In this document: piece by piece, positions 10,268 through 20,200 of the stretch
Position numbering within the stretch: the first letter of the stretch is position 1
How the letters are laid out: every line of letters begins with the position of its first letter
Program-made: the position numbers and the translations under genes
The notes under the pieces: model-generated
The model's database searches: none
The model's input: only the letters and a program-made list of their open reading frames with translations
Told to the model about the DNA's origin: nothing
Assembly: GCA_964035545.1 (NCBI GenBank)
Contig: OZ037767.1
Coordinates: forward strand, 2,305,680-2,369,679
Reading direction: 5' to 3'
DNA from: Bugula neritina
Taxonomy: Eukaryota; Animalia; Bryozoa
Length of the DNA: 64,000 bases

Positions 10268-13097
10268 ATGGCCACGAAAAGGGCAAGAAAGGAAAAGATT
10301 GACTTAAATCCAACGAGAGTTCAAAATCCTTTCGATCATCTCAAGAGAAGCCCTGGAAAGTTTGACCAAAAGGTAAACTGATGTTCTACTAAAAACATGT
10401 TTAGAAGAAAATGTTTTAAAACTAATAGCAATAAAAATTATAACATTAATGTATTTGGTTGTTTGCAGTATTGTGAAATATAGCACAAACTGCTATGCTA
10501 CATAAAGTTTTTTCAACATAGCTACTATAGCAACATAGCTACTATAGCACTATAGCAACATAGCTTCTATAGCAACATGGCTACTATAGCACTATAGCAA
10601 CATAGCTACTATAGCACTATAGCAACATAGCTACTATAGCACTATAGCAATATAGCTACTATAGCACTATAGCAACATAGCTACTATAGCACTATAGCAA
10701 CATAACTACTATAGCACTTGTGGTTTCTATAGCACAGTACAGTGAGTCTACATAGTGTTAAGTGACCAACAGTCACTGAGTTATATAATGATTGTGATTT
10801 AGGCATATATGGAGCAGGAGCTGTTTGGATCTAACAGAGTAAGATTCTATAAAAGACTTTATACAACCCAAGAAAGAGCACAGATGAACAGCTATGATAA
10901 GTATGTTATACTCACCGCCAGCTGTATATATGCGCATGTATGTAGTTTATATAGTTAATTACAAGGCATATATACTATCTTCAAAACTTAATTATTGTAT
11001 ATTTATTACATATATTCTAACAAGGAAATACATAGTTTTAATTGGTATTAAATGCAGAGTGGGAAACTGGAAAGATTTTGGAATACTATGCATACACACT
11101 ATAATTAATTTATATAAAATTTGTGCTTTAGTTATATAAAAGTTTAGACATAGCGAACATGCTGTGTATAATATATTTTTAACTTCATACCGCACTTTTG
11201 ACAATTTAAGTTTAAACATGCTTACAGTTATTAGGAATTCATTATATATGATACTTGTGCAAGTTTGGTCAGTTTAGCAGCTTATTTTATGTGATATTTC
11301 ATTGATGTTACGTTTTCGTTTGACATTCTGTAAACCATGAATTGTTTTTTAAAGCCACTAATGCCTGCTCAGATTGAAAAGTGCTATTAAATAAACCTGA
11401 AGGCTGTGATTAGTTTAAAATCCATAAACCTTATTCTATTATATGAATGCTATAATGAACTTCCTCAACTTCAGTCTCACTAACATGCTTAGCCAACACC
11501 CACCTATAGTAGCAATAATAATATTTATTGGTAATAACAATAATTGGTACGAATCAATAACCCCGATTAGTATTTAAATCAATAACCAATAATCATGATT
11601 GGCATACGTTTCCAAGGTATATCAATGAGATAAGAAGAAAAGCGGCTGATCTCAAGTCTCAGAATGAAGAGTACACATACCTGAGATCCCTGAGGACAGC
11701 ATTAGATAAGGAGAGGGTGAGGCAAGAGACCGCCCCTAAAACAGCTCGACCAGCTACACCAGAAGCTGTCAGGAGACAAATCATGGCTGACATGCAGCTA
11801 ACACTTGCTCAAGTAACCAATTATGAGTCTCTCATAAATTATTTCATTATTATAAATATGGCACACCTTGGGTAATGGCAGGGATATTGCAAAATAGAAC
11901 GATTAGCATTTTGGAGCATGGGGATTATAGTTTGACTTGGATGTAAAGATCTAAGACTTGATGAAGCGCTTCAAGATTATATTGGTAGCTAATAATGTAT
12001 TATAGTCCATGCGCGGTAAATTTTTTGAAAGCTGAACAACATGACGAAAATAAATCAAGTAATTATAAACTCTGTTTATAAGAAGAATGGTATGGTTTGT
12101 AAACTGTAGTTAAATTGATAATTACAATACATCTGTTCATACTGTTTATCAAACCTGATTTAGAAAACAATCTTGCAATGTTTTATTCGGCATCTTACTT
12201 TAAAGCAGTTTAAATCTGCAATGCAATAAAATACCTTGTCAAATTACTAACACAGAAACATAAGCAATGTGTCAATAAATGTCAATAATTTAGTACAAAC
12301 TTAGTTGATTAGATTTGAGATTTTTTTTATTGGTTTTTGTTAGTTTTATTGCACGTTTGATTTTTATAAACTGCAGTTTCTTTGTGTATTGGAGCTTGTT
12401 GATTTTATACGTATTATTCTACAGTTAATAATATTGTATCACATGCATATGTTTGCAGGGGCCTGACTGTGCATCCAATCAACCGGGTGGTCAGGGAGAA
12501 CTCACAGGTCAACAAAACACAGCCGAGCCACCAAAAGACAATGTGAATACTTCATCAGCTGAGGCAGCAAGCTTGACTCAACCTGCTGCAGATGCTGATC
12601 AAAGTGGTATGACTCAGCAAGCACCTGTTCTGGTGACAGAGATGGCAGGTCAAGCCTCAGGTGGTGACACTCGGCTCATGGCTTCTACGGATACAGTAAA
12701 ACGAAGACCTAAAAAACCGGTTATCCCAAGAAAATGCACAGTTTCTCCCCAAAGACTAGCTACACTAGAAAGCCTATCATATGAAATTATGACTAATACT
12801 TTACCTATAAACAAAATGAAGCGAATTCTACCCAATGAACGAGTATCTGTGCACGATCAGTGGCCAATGCTGTCAAACTACAGGAAGCAAACGGTGCTGC
12901 CAGGCGTGAAGGCAGGTAAACAGCAGCTGACAGAAGACATGGGGAAACTGCATACAAAAATAAATGAATATTTCAGCTGCGATAACTTTCCCCTGTGGCA
13001 GTATAAATATATCCCAAAAGAATATCCAAGAAAATACAGACTTTTAAAAGCAATTGAGACTGAAGATGTCAGTTTACCTAATCTACCAAAGCGCTAA
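10268..13097 (+). CDS. Uncharacterised basic protein, ~345 aa, four coding exons
   Basis: Exons 10268-10372, 10803-10900, 11617-11812, 12459-13097 join in frame through GT-AG introns (phases 0,2,0): MATKRARKEKIDLNPTRVQNPF...SLPNLPKR. Possible non-coding exon at 9549-9607; AATAAA at ~13335 and ~13392. Confidence 0.75.
10515..10716. repeat. Minisatellite, 17/25-bp units (AGCAACATAGCTACTATAGCACTAT)
   Basis: About 8 near-identical head-to-tail units in an intron; no spacers. Confidence 0.92.
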
Positions 13098-13419
13098 GGC
13101 ATGGCAGCATAAGTTTTAAAAATGAATTACTATCGTAATTTAAAAGTTTATTGTTTATCAAGTTATGATAGAAATCATTGTTCTGTTGACCTAGTAATTT
13201 TTTCCTGAAATATTGTGTATAGATATGTTTACTCTGGCATAACTTTGCTAGCTCAAGTTGCTAGAGACAACAAAAAATCTTGTCATCACTATCCTTTTTT
13301 CAAAATGAATTTTTTTCACAAGTTTCACTGTTTTAATAAAATTAACATTCATCTGTATCATAATTATTTTATTTGCATGCTATTTACAAAGAATAAATGT
13401 GCTTTATTACAGTGCCAAC

Positions 13420-13632
13420 TGTTAGATTACCACAATGTAATAGTATGTCTTACCAGTGATAAAGCTGCTAGATGAAGGCGACTGTTCACTCTGTTTGTCT
13501 GGGTTTTATGTGTCTTAGCTTGTAGCTATCTCAGCTATACGGTGGCTGGTAGGGCAACTCTTAGTAACACGATAGCTCAAGTATCTGATAGGCTATTGTC
13601 ATTAGCTAAACTCTCAGCGTGCCACTATAACA
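13420..13632 (-). repeat. 3' LTR (213 bp)
   Basis: Direct repeat of 16882-17094; preceded on the minus strand by PPT GGAAGGGGG (13643-13635). Confidence 0.97.
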
Positions 13633-13969
13633 TGCCCCCTTCCAATAAAGGCTGGTGACCACCTACTAAAACTAAGCATTTCAATTACATACTATTTCTA
13701 AAAGCTATAAGCTGATGAGTACCACATGTCTGTGGGTAAACTTACTCACCTCTATATGCCAGAAACTGTTAACACAAGCTTTAACTATTTGTAATTTAGT
13801 AGTTCGCGAGTCAGTGTGTCGTTGAGTGTGTGAGTAAATAAGTAGGTGAGTAAGTTAGGTGAGTAGGTTGTTTAGTGTGTCGGTAAGTGTGTAAGTAAGT
13901 GAGTTGGGATCGGAGGATGTTCCCACCCTCTTCTCCCTCAGTCTCAGTTGCCTGAGACTGACCAGAACC

Positions 13970-15011
13970 TCAATGCAGTGCTTCGGGATTAGAAGATGTT
14001 TCCATCTTCACCTCCCCAGTCTCAGTTGCCTGAGGCTGACTAGGACTGTAGGTCGGTCTCAGACCAAGGTCTGAACCACCATGTACACCGGGGGTCTGGG
14101 GCTCTACGGCCATTGACTCCTCCCAAGTGTCGTCCCGAGGGCGACCTGGGGTCGGCGACTCCTCTACGGCCTTTGACTCCTCCTGGTTACCACTGGGACC
14201 TTCCGCAACTGTGGTTGCAGGGTTTAGTATTGTGCTACCCAACCCTCTGGAATGCACGTTGGCCACGCTGGCCCAGTTTTCGATTGCTACTTTAATAGCC
14301 ATTGAGCACTGATACTCCTTTTCCAAGAGACTCTCTCGCTCACTGATCTCTTCCATTTGCCTGTTGAACTTTCGTTGAAGTTCTTGCTTTTCTCTATTTA
14401 ATTCCTCTTTCCTTAGTGCATAAGCCTCCCTATCCAGGAAGTCACACCCCCGTCAAGCCATTCAGGAACCCTGAAACTTCACTGACAATAACATTTTTAG
14501 GCTTTAATGCATGAACATAGCTTGATGATGTAGCTACACCACCAGAGGCAACACTTGCATAGTTTGATTTCTGACTACCTGAAACCTTGGCTAATTTTGG
14601 TGCTGGATCTTGAGAGTCAACACCATCAACAGCCTTCCGCTTGAAGCTAGAAGGTGCGTGACTGCAGTCTGAGGTTTTGTGTTCGGCTGCGACACAACAC
14701 CAACTGCAATAGACTTCTCTGCAGTCCTCCACCCAATGACCCTTCTGCCCACACCTGTAACACTTATTATTGGGACAGTCTCGGGCAGAGTGATCCCTGA
14801 AGCATCTACAGATGGCACACCTAATTGTGCCCTTGTTGCCACATACCTCATGTGGCTTCTTAAGCTTAGCCTTATCTTCTGTATTCTTGGGCTTACCCTG
14901 GGGGTTAGCTACTTTTACCGTTTCTTTATGTCTTCCTGAGGGTCCGACTTTAGACCAAGATTCCATGTCGGGTTCCCCTATACCTTCCTTCTCTTTCTCA
15001 CTATTGCTCAT
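13970..15011 (-). CDS. Accessory ORF2: triple zinc-knuckle + coiled-coil protein, split by a 1-nt frameshift at a G5 run (189 aa as read; ~346 aa if fused)
   Basis: 14442-15011 encodes CAICRCFRDHSARDC, CYRCGQKGHWVEDC, CSWCCVAAEHKTSDC. Removing one base from the C5 run at 14447-14451 joins it to CDFLDREAYALRKEELNREKQELQRKFNRQMEEISERESLLEKEY... ending at 13970. Confidence 0.75.
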
Positions 15012-15200
15012 TGTTTGTCTCTTTCTCTATCTATATATTGTTTTTCTCAAGTTTTCTAAAACGGTATCTATAAAAACACATTATTATTTATACCTCTGCA
15101 TGTTTAGTCTATTAGGAGGTTTGCTTATTCTCCCCCGTCTAGTATGCGTAATTTCTCCTTGTTCAGGAGGAAATAACTTGCTGTCATTGCCATCATATAG

Positions 15201-16337
15201 TCAGCTTGCAAATCTGACTCTCCTATAACCCTTATTCCTATCACTACTCCCACTACTTGACCTATAAGGTTTGGTCTCCCTTTCGGGGCAATCTTTAGTG
15301 GTGTGCCCTCGACAGTTACATATGAAGCACCTTACATCAGGGCAGTCCCTAATTCTATGATCATGTTTTTTACAATGGTAGCAAAGATTTCCTTCTCTTC
15401 TAGGGGAGCTAAACCTTTTAGACCTAGAATGATAGTAACCCGAATTCAGTCTATCTACGAGAGGTTTTTCATCCCTCCTCCTTCGTTGGCTTGAACAGAA
15501 TTTATCCCTACTATTGTAATGTCGTTTACTATGATCATCAGAGCTATTACTAGATCCACTCGAGCTTCTACTTCTATAGTGGTCACTATTCCTAAGGCTA
15601 CTTCTCAAATAAGGTCTCCACTTTATTCTAGATCTCGAAACCCTATTAACAGAATAACTGTCACAGGTGTCACTGCTACTGTTTCTAGTCTGCTTAAGAG
15701 AGCTTACAGCCCCGACTTCTTGTTTGACGTCCACTATTGTCCTAGCTTCATTTAAAAGTAGGTCTGAGTCTCTAGCTAGCTTTTTTGCTTTAAGCTTGGT
15801 ATTTAAGTCGTCCCAGGATAAATCGGGTTCTTGCAATAATTGTCTCCTAGCATTAGTATCGCGCAAGCCATTTACTGCTAAGGCAACACTAAGTCTCCTT
15901 CTAACATCCTCGGTACCAGCACCTAAACCTAATTCTCTACTAAGTTTTTCTACTCTCAGCAAGTATTCTCTTTCATCCTCATCAATGGCCTGTGACACTG
16001 TCACAAACCTCATTGTTTTAACATAAAAGCTATCTGACCTATCATAGTGGCCCCTAAGTAGACCTAATGCTTGCTCATAGCCTTCATTCCCATTGTTTCT
16101 CAAATCAAAGCCAAGAGATTGTAACGTGGCTCTACCATCATTGCCTATTGCGCTCAACAATGCTAACAACTTAGTCCTACCTCTAAATTTATTTACTTCT
16201 ACACCCTCCACTGTCTCTTTTCCCAGATTCAAAGTAGTTAACTCTACTGTTATCTCAAATTGAGCTAGCCAATCATTCCATGATCCTGTCACATCATTAC
16301 AATTCAATTGAAGTCTTGGAAATGAATTTAAATCCAT
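15201..16337 (-). CDS. gag: Gag, Mag-clade-like, two CCHC knuckles, 378 aa
   Basis: WNDWLAQF, LLSAIG, F....Q...E..REYLLRVEKLS, NGLRD...RQLLQEPDLS capsid motifs; Ser/Arg-rich linker; CYHCKKHDHRIRDC and CFICNCRGHTTKDC. Confidence 0.9.
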   Translation of the reverse strand: MDLNSFPRLQLNCNDVTGSWNDWLAQFEITVELTTLNLGKETVEGVEVNKFRGRTKLLALLSAIGNDGRATLQSLGFDLRNNGNEGYEQALGLLRGHYDRSDSFYVKTMRFVTVSQAIDEDEREYLLRVEKLSRELGLGAGTEDVRRRLSVALAVNGLRDTNARRQLLQEPDLSWDDLNTKLKAKKLARDSDLLLNEARTIVDVKQEVGAVSSLKQTRNSSSDTCDSYSVNRVSRSRIKWRPYLRSSLRNSDHYRSRSSSGSSNSSDDHSKRHYNSRDKFCSSQRRRRDEKPLVDRLNSGYYHSRSKRFSSPRREGNLCYHCKKHDHRIRDCPDVRCFICNCRGHTTKDCPERETKPYRSSSGSSDRNKGYRRVRFAS

Positions 16338-16544
16338 GACTTTGTTGTTACAATTCCCTGTGCTACAAAGGTTACTACTTGTACTAGCTTGGAGCCTTGA
16401 TTTACTCGTGTGTTATGTCAAGATGCCAATCACAAAATATCTTAAACACTGAGTATCACTGTTTCGGTCACTTGTTGTAAATGACTGTAGTATCACAGTT
16501 GCCAGCTGTGAATCACGATATCAAATTACGATTATCACTCATTA

Positions 16545-16746
16545 GACTACACTAATAATAACACTACACTAACAATAACACTACACTAACAGTAACACTG
16601 CACCACCAGTAACACTGCACCAACAGTAGCACTGCACCAACAGTAACACTGCACCAACAGTAACACTGCACTACACTACACTACGCTACACTACACTACA
16701 CTACACTACACTACACTACACTACACTACACTACACTACACTACAC
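16545..16746. repeat. Compound tandem repeat in the element's 5' leader (16-bp CACTGCACCAACAGTAA-like units grading into (ACACT)n)
   Basis: Direct inspection. Confidence 0.9.
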
Positions 16747-16867
16747 TTATATTATTATATTATATTCAAAACACTTGCAACTGATAATGATTAATTGAAG
16801 AAAGTACTTATCTATCATCTATAGTTGTAAGGACAGAAAGAGTTTCTCACTGGCAGGTTCGTTAAAA

Positions 16868-16881
16868 TGCTGACTGCGCCA
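16868..16881 (-). promoter_or_regulatory. Primer-binding site, probably tRNA-Ser
   Basis: TGGCGCAGTCAGCA immediately after the 5' LTR; resembles the complement of invertebrate tRNA-Ser 3' end (...GACTGCG-CCA). Confidence 0.7.
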
Positions 16882-17094
16882 TGTTAGATTACCACAATGT
16901 AATAGTATGTCTTACCAGTGATAAAGCTGCTAGATGAAGGCGACCGTTCACTCTGTTTGTCTGGGTTTTATGTGTCTTAGCTTGTAGCTATCTCAGCTAT
17001 ACGGTGGCTGGTAGGGCAACTCTTAGTAACACGATAGCTCAAGTATCTGATAGGCTATTGTCATTAGCTAAACTCTCAGCGTGCCACTATAACA
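16882..17094 (-). repeat. 5' LTR (213 bp)
   Basis: Direct repeat of 13420-13632 (GCGACcGTTC vs GCGACtGTTC the only difference seen). Confidence 0.97.
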
Positions 17095-18298
17095 CCAACC
17101 ATAATTAAGGGTATTCTGTTACTTCAAAATAAATTACAAAAATACAATTTATTTGTAGTTTGAATTATTTAAGTAGAGAGAGATTCTATAACTCCTGCAA
17201 GCACAAAGAGCCACTATGACTTGCTCTCTAATTCTGATGACTTTAGACTTTGCTTGTTTTCAAGTGATACAAAGTAGAAGTTATTTTCCCTTGAAACTCT
17301 TTTATTACCTGGTTTGTGGCTAATCTTTGGAAAAAAGAAATCATTCACTTTGTTTTTCATTGAATAGTATTTTTTATATTATAGATGCAAAGTTAAAATA
17401 AATTAAAAATATTTTTTGACCCAGTTTTTATCGGAAATTTCCATGACTCAACAATACACATAGTGAGAAGATAACTCCATAATAAAAGTAAAATAAAATG
17501 GGCATATTATTATATTGAAAGTTGCACATATTTATTTTTATTAGAAGTAAAAAGTTATAAAGTAAATTTATGCATAGAAATAATAAAAGTAAAATATAAA
17601 TGTATGAAAAATATAAAATTACATAAAACAGATGCATTGAACAAAATTTGAATAGAAAATAAGTTGCATAAGAGTGAATTCATCAGATCTAACAAGGTAC
17701 ACTTGTAATTTCTTTTGCAGGTAAAAATTTGAATGAAAAATCATAAATCAAGTATTTATATTCTCAATTATCAATCTAACTCATGTGTAACCAAAATTCA
17801 TAAACTGGCTTTTAGGTTTGTCAAGAAAGAAAAATGCGATAGTACAATTGACAAGGGAGATAATACAATGACTCAGAGTCTTGTAGTTATAATGATTAAT
17901 AAGGAATCTGATAAGTTCAAAGGATATATTAGCTATCAGTGGAATACACTATAGCTGAGATAGAAAACTATTTTAATATTGTGTTGAAATTGTGATACTT
18001 ATGAAGCCTTATAAGAAAGGGAACATTACTTTCTCCCTATGGTGCGTATGAAACCAATAGCATTTTATGGAATTTTCACTCAGTAAACAATCTTCTATCT
18101 TAATTGGCAAATCATCAAGTTGTGTAAGCTGCATATAAAATTAGATTGCTTTCATAAAAAAAGCTTTTAAAACCCAGTTATGCAAATTTCATTGGATATG
18201 AATATATTCCTCTTATAGTTTTTCAACATGCAAGTACAACCCAGTCATATCGTATATACTACTCAGTTTAAATGTGCAGAAACTGTGCTCTATAAAGT

Positions 18299-20200
18299 TT
18301 AGAAGAAGGGAAGAAATATGGCACAGGCAGCTGTAAAGAGGGTCAGCAGCATAGGAGCGTGAGCTGTGGCAGCGGAAGCAGTGATAGCACTGTTGTCCAC
18401 ATAGTTACACTCGTCATAGTCACATACACAGGTACTGGTGGCGTATGAAAATGTACATCCATAGGAGAAATCCCCACTCTTACATTGTCTCACCACTGCA
18501 ACAGATAGAAACAGCTTGTTCTATCAATGGCCTACTTAGAGAGAAAAGACTAGCTTGGTTAATGCGACTTACTAGTATTGTTTGTCACGTATGCTTGCGC
18601 ATTTAATGCATTGCTATTTATTGTGAAACACACTAACAAAAGATGCTGTGAATGCCTTGTTGAATATAAAGTAAACTAGATTAATATGAATCAGCTTTCC
18701 ACCAGGATGTGAGATACAGTTCTATTTTATAGAAAAGCGAATTTGAAAGGAGTTTTTTCTAATGTCGGCATAAACAAACTAAAATACTTCTTTACAAAGC
18801 ATGTTTCAAATTATTGAGGTTAGCAAATAGCCCAAAGGTCAAAATACATGGAAAGCCTTGTTCTGGTCTAGTATTATGCGGAAAAATAAATTTATAGGAA
18901 TAAAAAGCCACGCCTACAAGCTTTGGATACAAAAACGCTCATTAGGTAACAACAAGTAACTTGTTGTTTGCTACAAAATAAATCTCTGGACATATAATTT
19001 GCATCGATTCAATGCAGTAATTAATAGTTTCAAATGGGTTGTGCCTATTAGCTTATGGATGTGGGGAAACAGTTTATTGCAATGCCTTATGATCAAAATT
19101 TTAGAAATAACAAAATTCAGCAAGTAATATTTCTACTCATCGAACTGATTACAATGTTATATATTAAACTTAGTTCTGTATATCATCTATAGGGTTTACT
19201 TTTTTTACAGCCAATTAGAATGAGCCACATGATTTTTGCTGTGAAACTCCTCTATCACCAACTCGATTTACTAACTTGTTGCAAAATTAAAACCAAACTT
19301 TGCTAACTGGAAAAGGTAACAATCGAAACTTGGAAAAAGATTTTTGAAACAGCTGACACATAATTTACATCAATTTGATGTTGGGTTTTTGGTGGTTTCA
19401 TCCTCACAACTTCTACTCAACAGATTTGTTCTGTTACAAGATCTAATTGTTGCAAAATAGAAGCTACGATCTTTCCCTAGAAACAAAACTGCTGACAATA
19501 CTGCTAACATACTTTTGATAAAGGTGGCATGTAACTTACTCCTGCAACTTACCATTGGGAAAGTCATCATAGAGATTGACCGTGTAAGTTGAACAGTGAG
19601 TGGCTGTGTGGGGGCAGAGTGTTGATGACATGCCATTCTGCTCGGGGTTACTGCAACCAGAGTTTGTGTCTGTACTGCATTCGTAGCAGTATAGAGCCTG
19701 GCTACTTGCAGAACAGACTGAAACAAGCAACACACATCTCATGTCTCTATGAAGTTTCATTAAAGAATGCAATGATTGCATTCACATTAAAACTAAACAT
19801 GATAAGAGAATAAAATATGCCAATTTTATGTTGCAATTATTATAATTTTGATATGAAAACAGGATGAAAAAATGGCATGAAATCTACACAAAAATATGTT
19901 ATCATGGCGATAGACTTGGACTTTCTACCAATGATTCACAAAAGTGTATGGTTATTGTAAAATACTGATCTTGAGAATGTAGTTATTCTAGAAGCAGGGA
20001 ACCCATAGTGGGGGCCTAGAGAAACTAGTAAAAATAAAAAATATGTAGCAATCAAAGTCAATAAGGTTTTTATGCACCTACACATAATGATAATTGTTTA
20101 TTGTATCTATTTTTCAGCCAATTTGAATAATGATAGTACAAGATCAAGTGCACTACTTACCAGCTAACAGCAGAGCCGTGATGAAGATTGTTTTATTCAT
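18299..20200 (-). CDS. Ly6/uPAR three-finger protein B (quiver-like, predicted GPI-anchored), 133 aa
   Basis: Exons 20200-20161, 19717-19553, 18495-18299; MNKTIFITALLLAVCSASSQA signal, LYCYEC, CVCDYDECN, hydrophobic tail. Confidence 0.9.

Larger units (their letters stand above)
13420..17094 (-). mobile_element. Non-autonomous LTR retrotransposon (3675 bp): Mag-like gag + second zinc-knuckle ORF, no protease/RT/RNaseH/integrase core
   Basis: Two 213-bp LTRs (TG...CA) differing at one position that I could find; 5-bp TSD CCAAC (13415-13419, 17095-17099); PBS and PPT adjacent to the LTRs. Confidence 0.96.

Noticed and set aside
10515-10716. CRISPR-like array
   Set aside because: Head-to-tail repeats without unique spacers, in a eukaryotic intron, no cas genes.
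13970-15011. env gene
   Set aside because: No signal peptide, furin/fusion peptide pattern or transmembrane segment.
18540-19480. Possible MITE/DNA transposon in Ly6-B intron 2
   Set aside because: Repeat-like composition, but I could not identify terminal inverted repeats or a TSD by eye.
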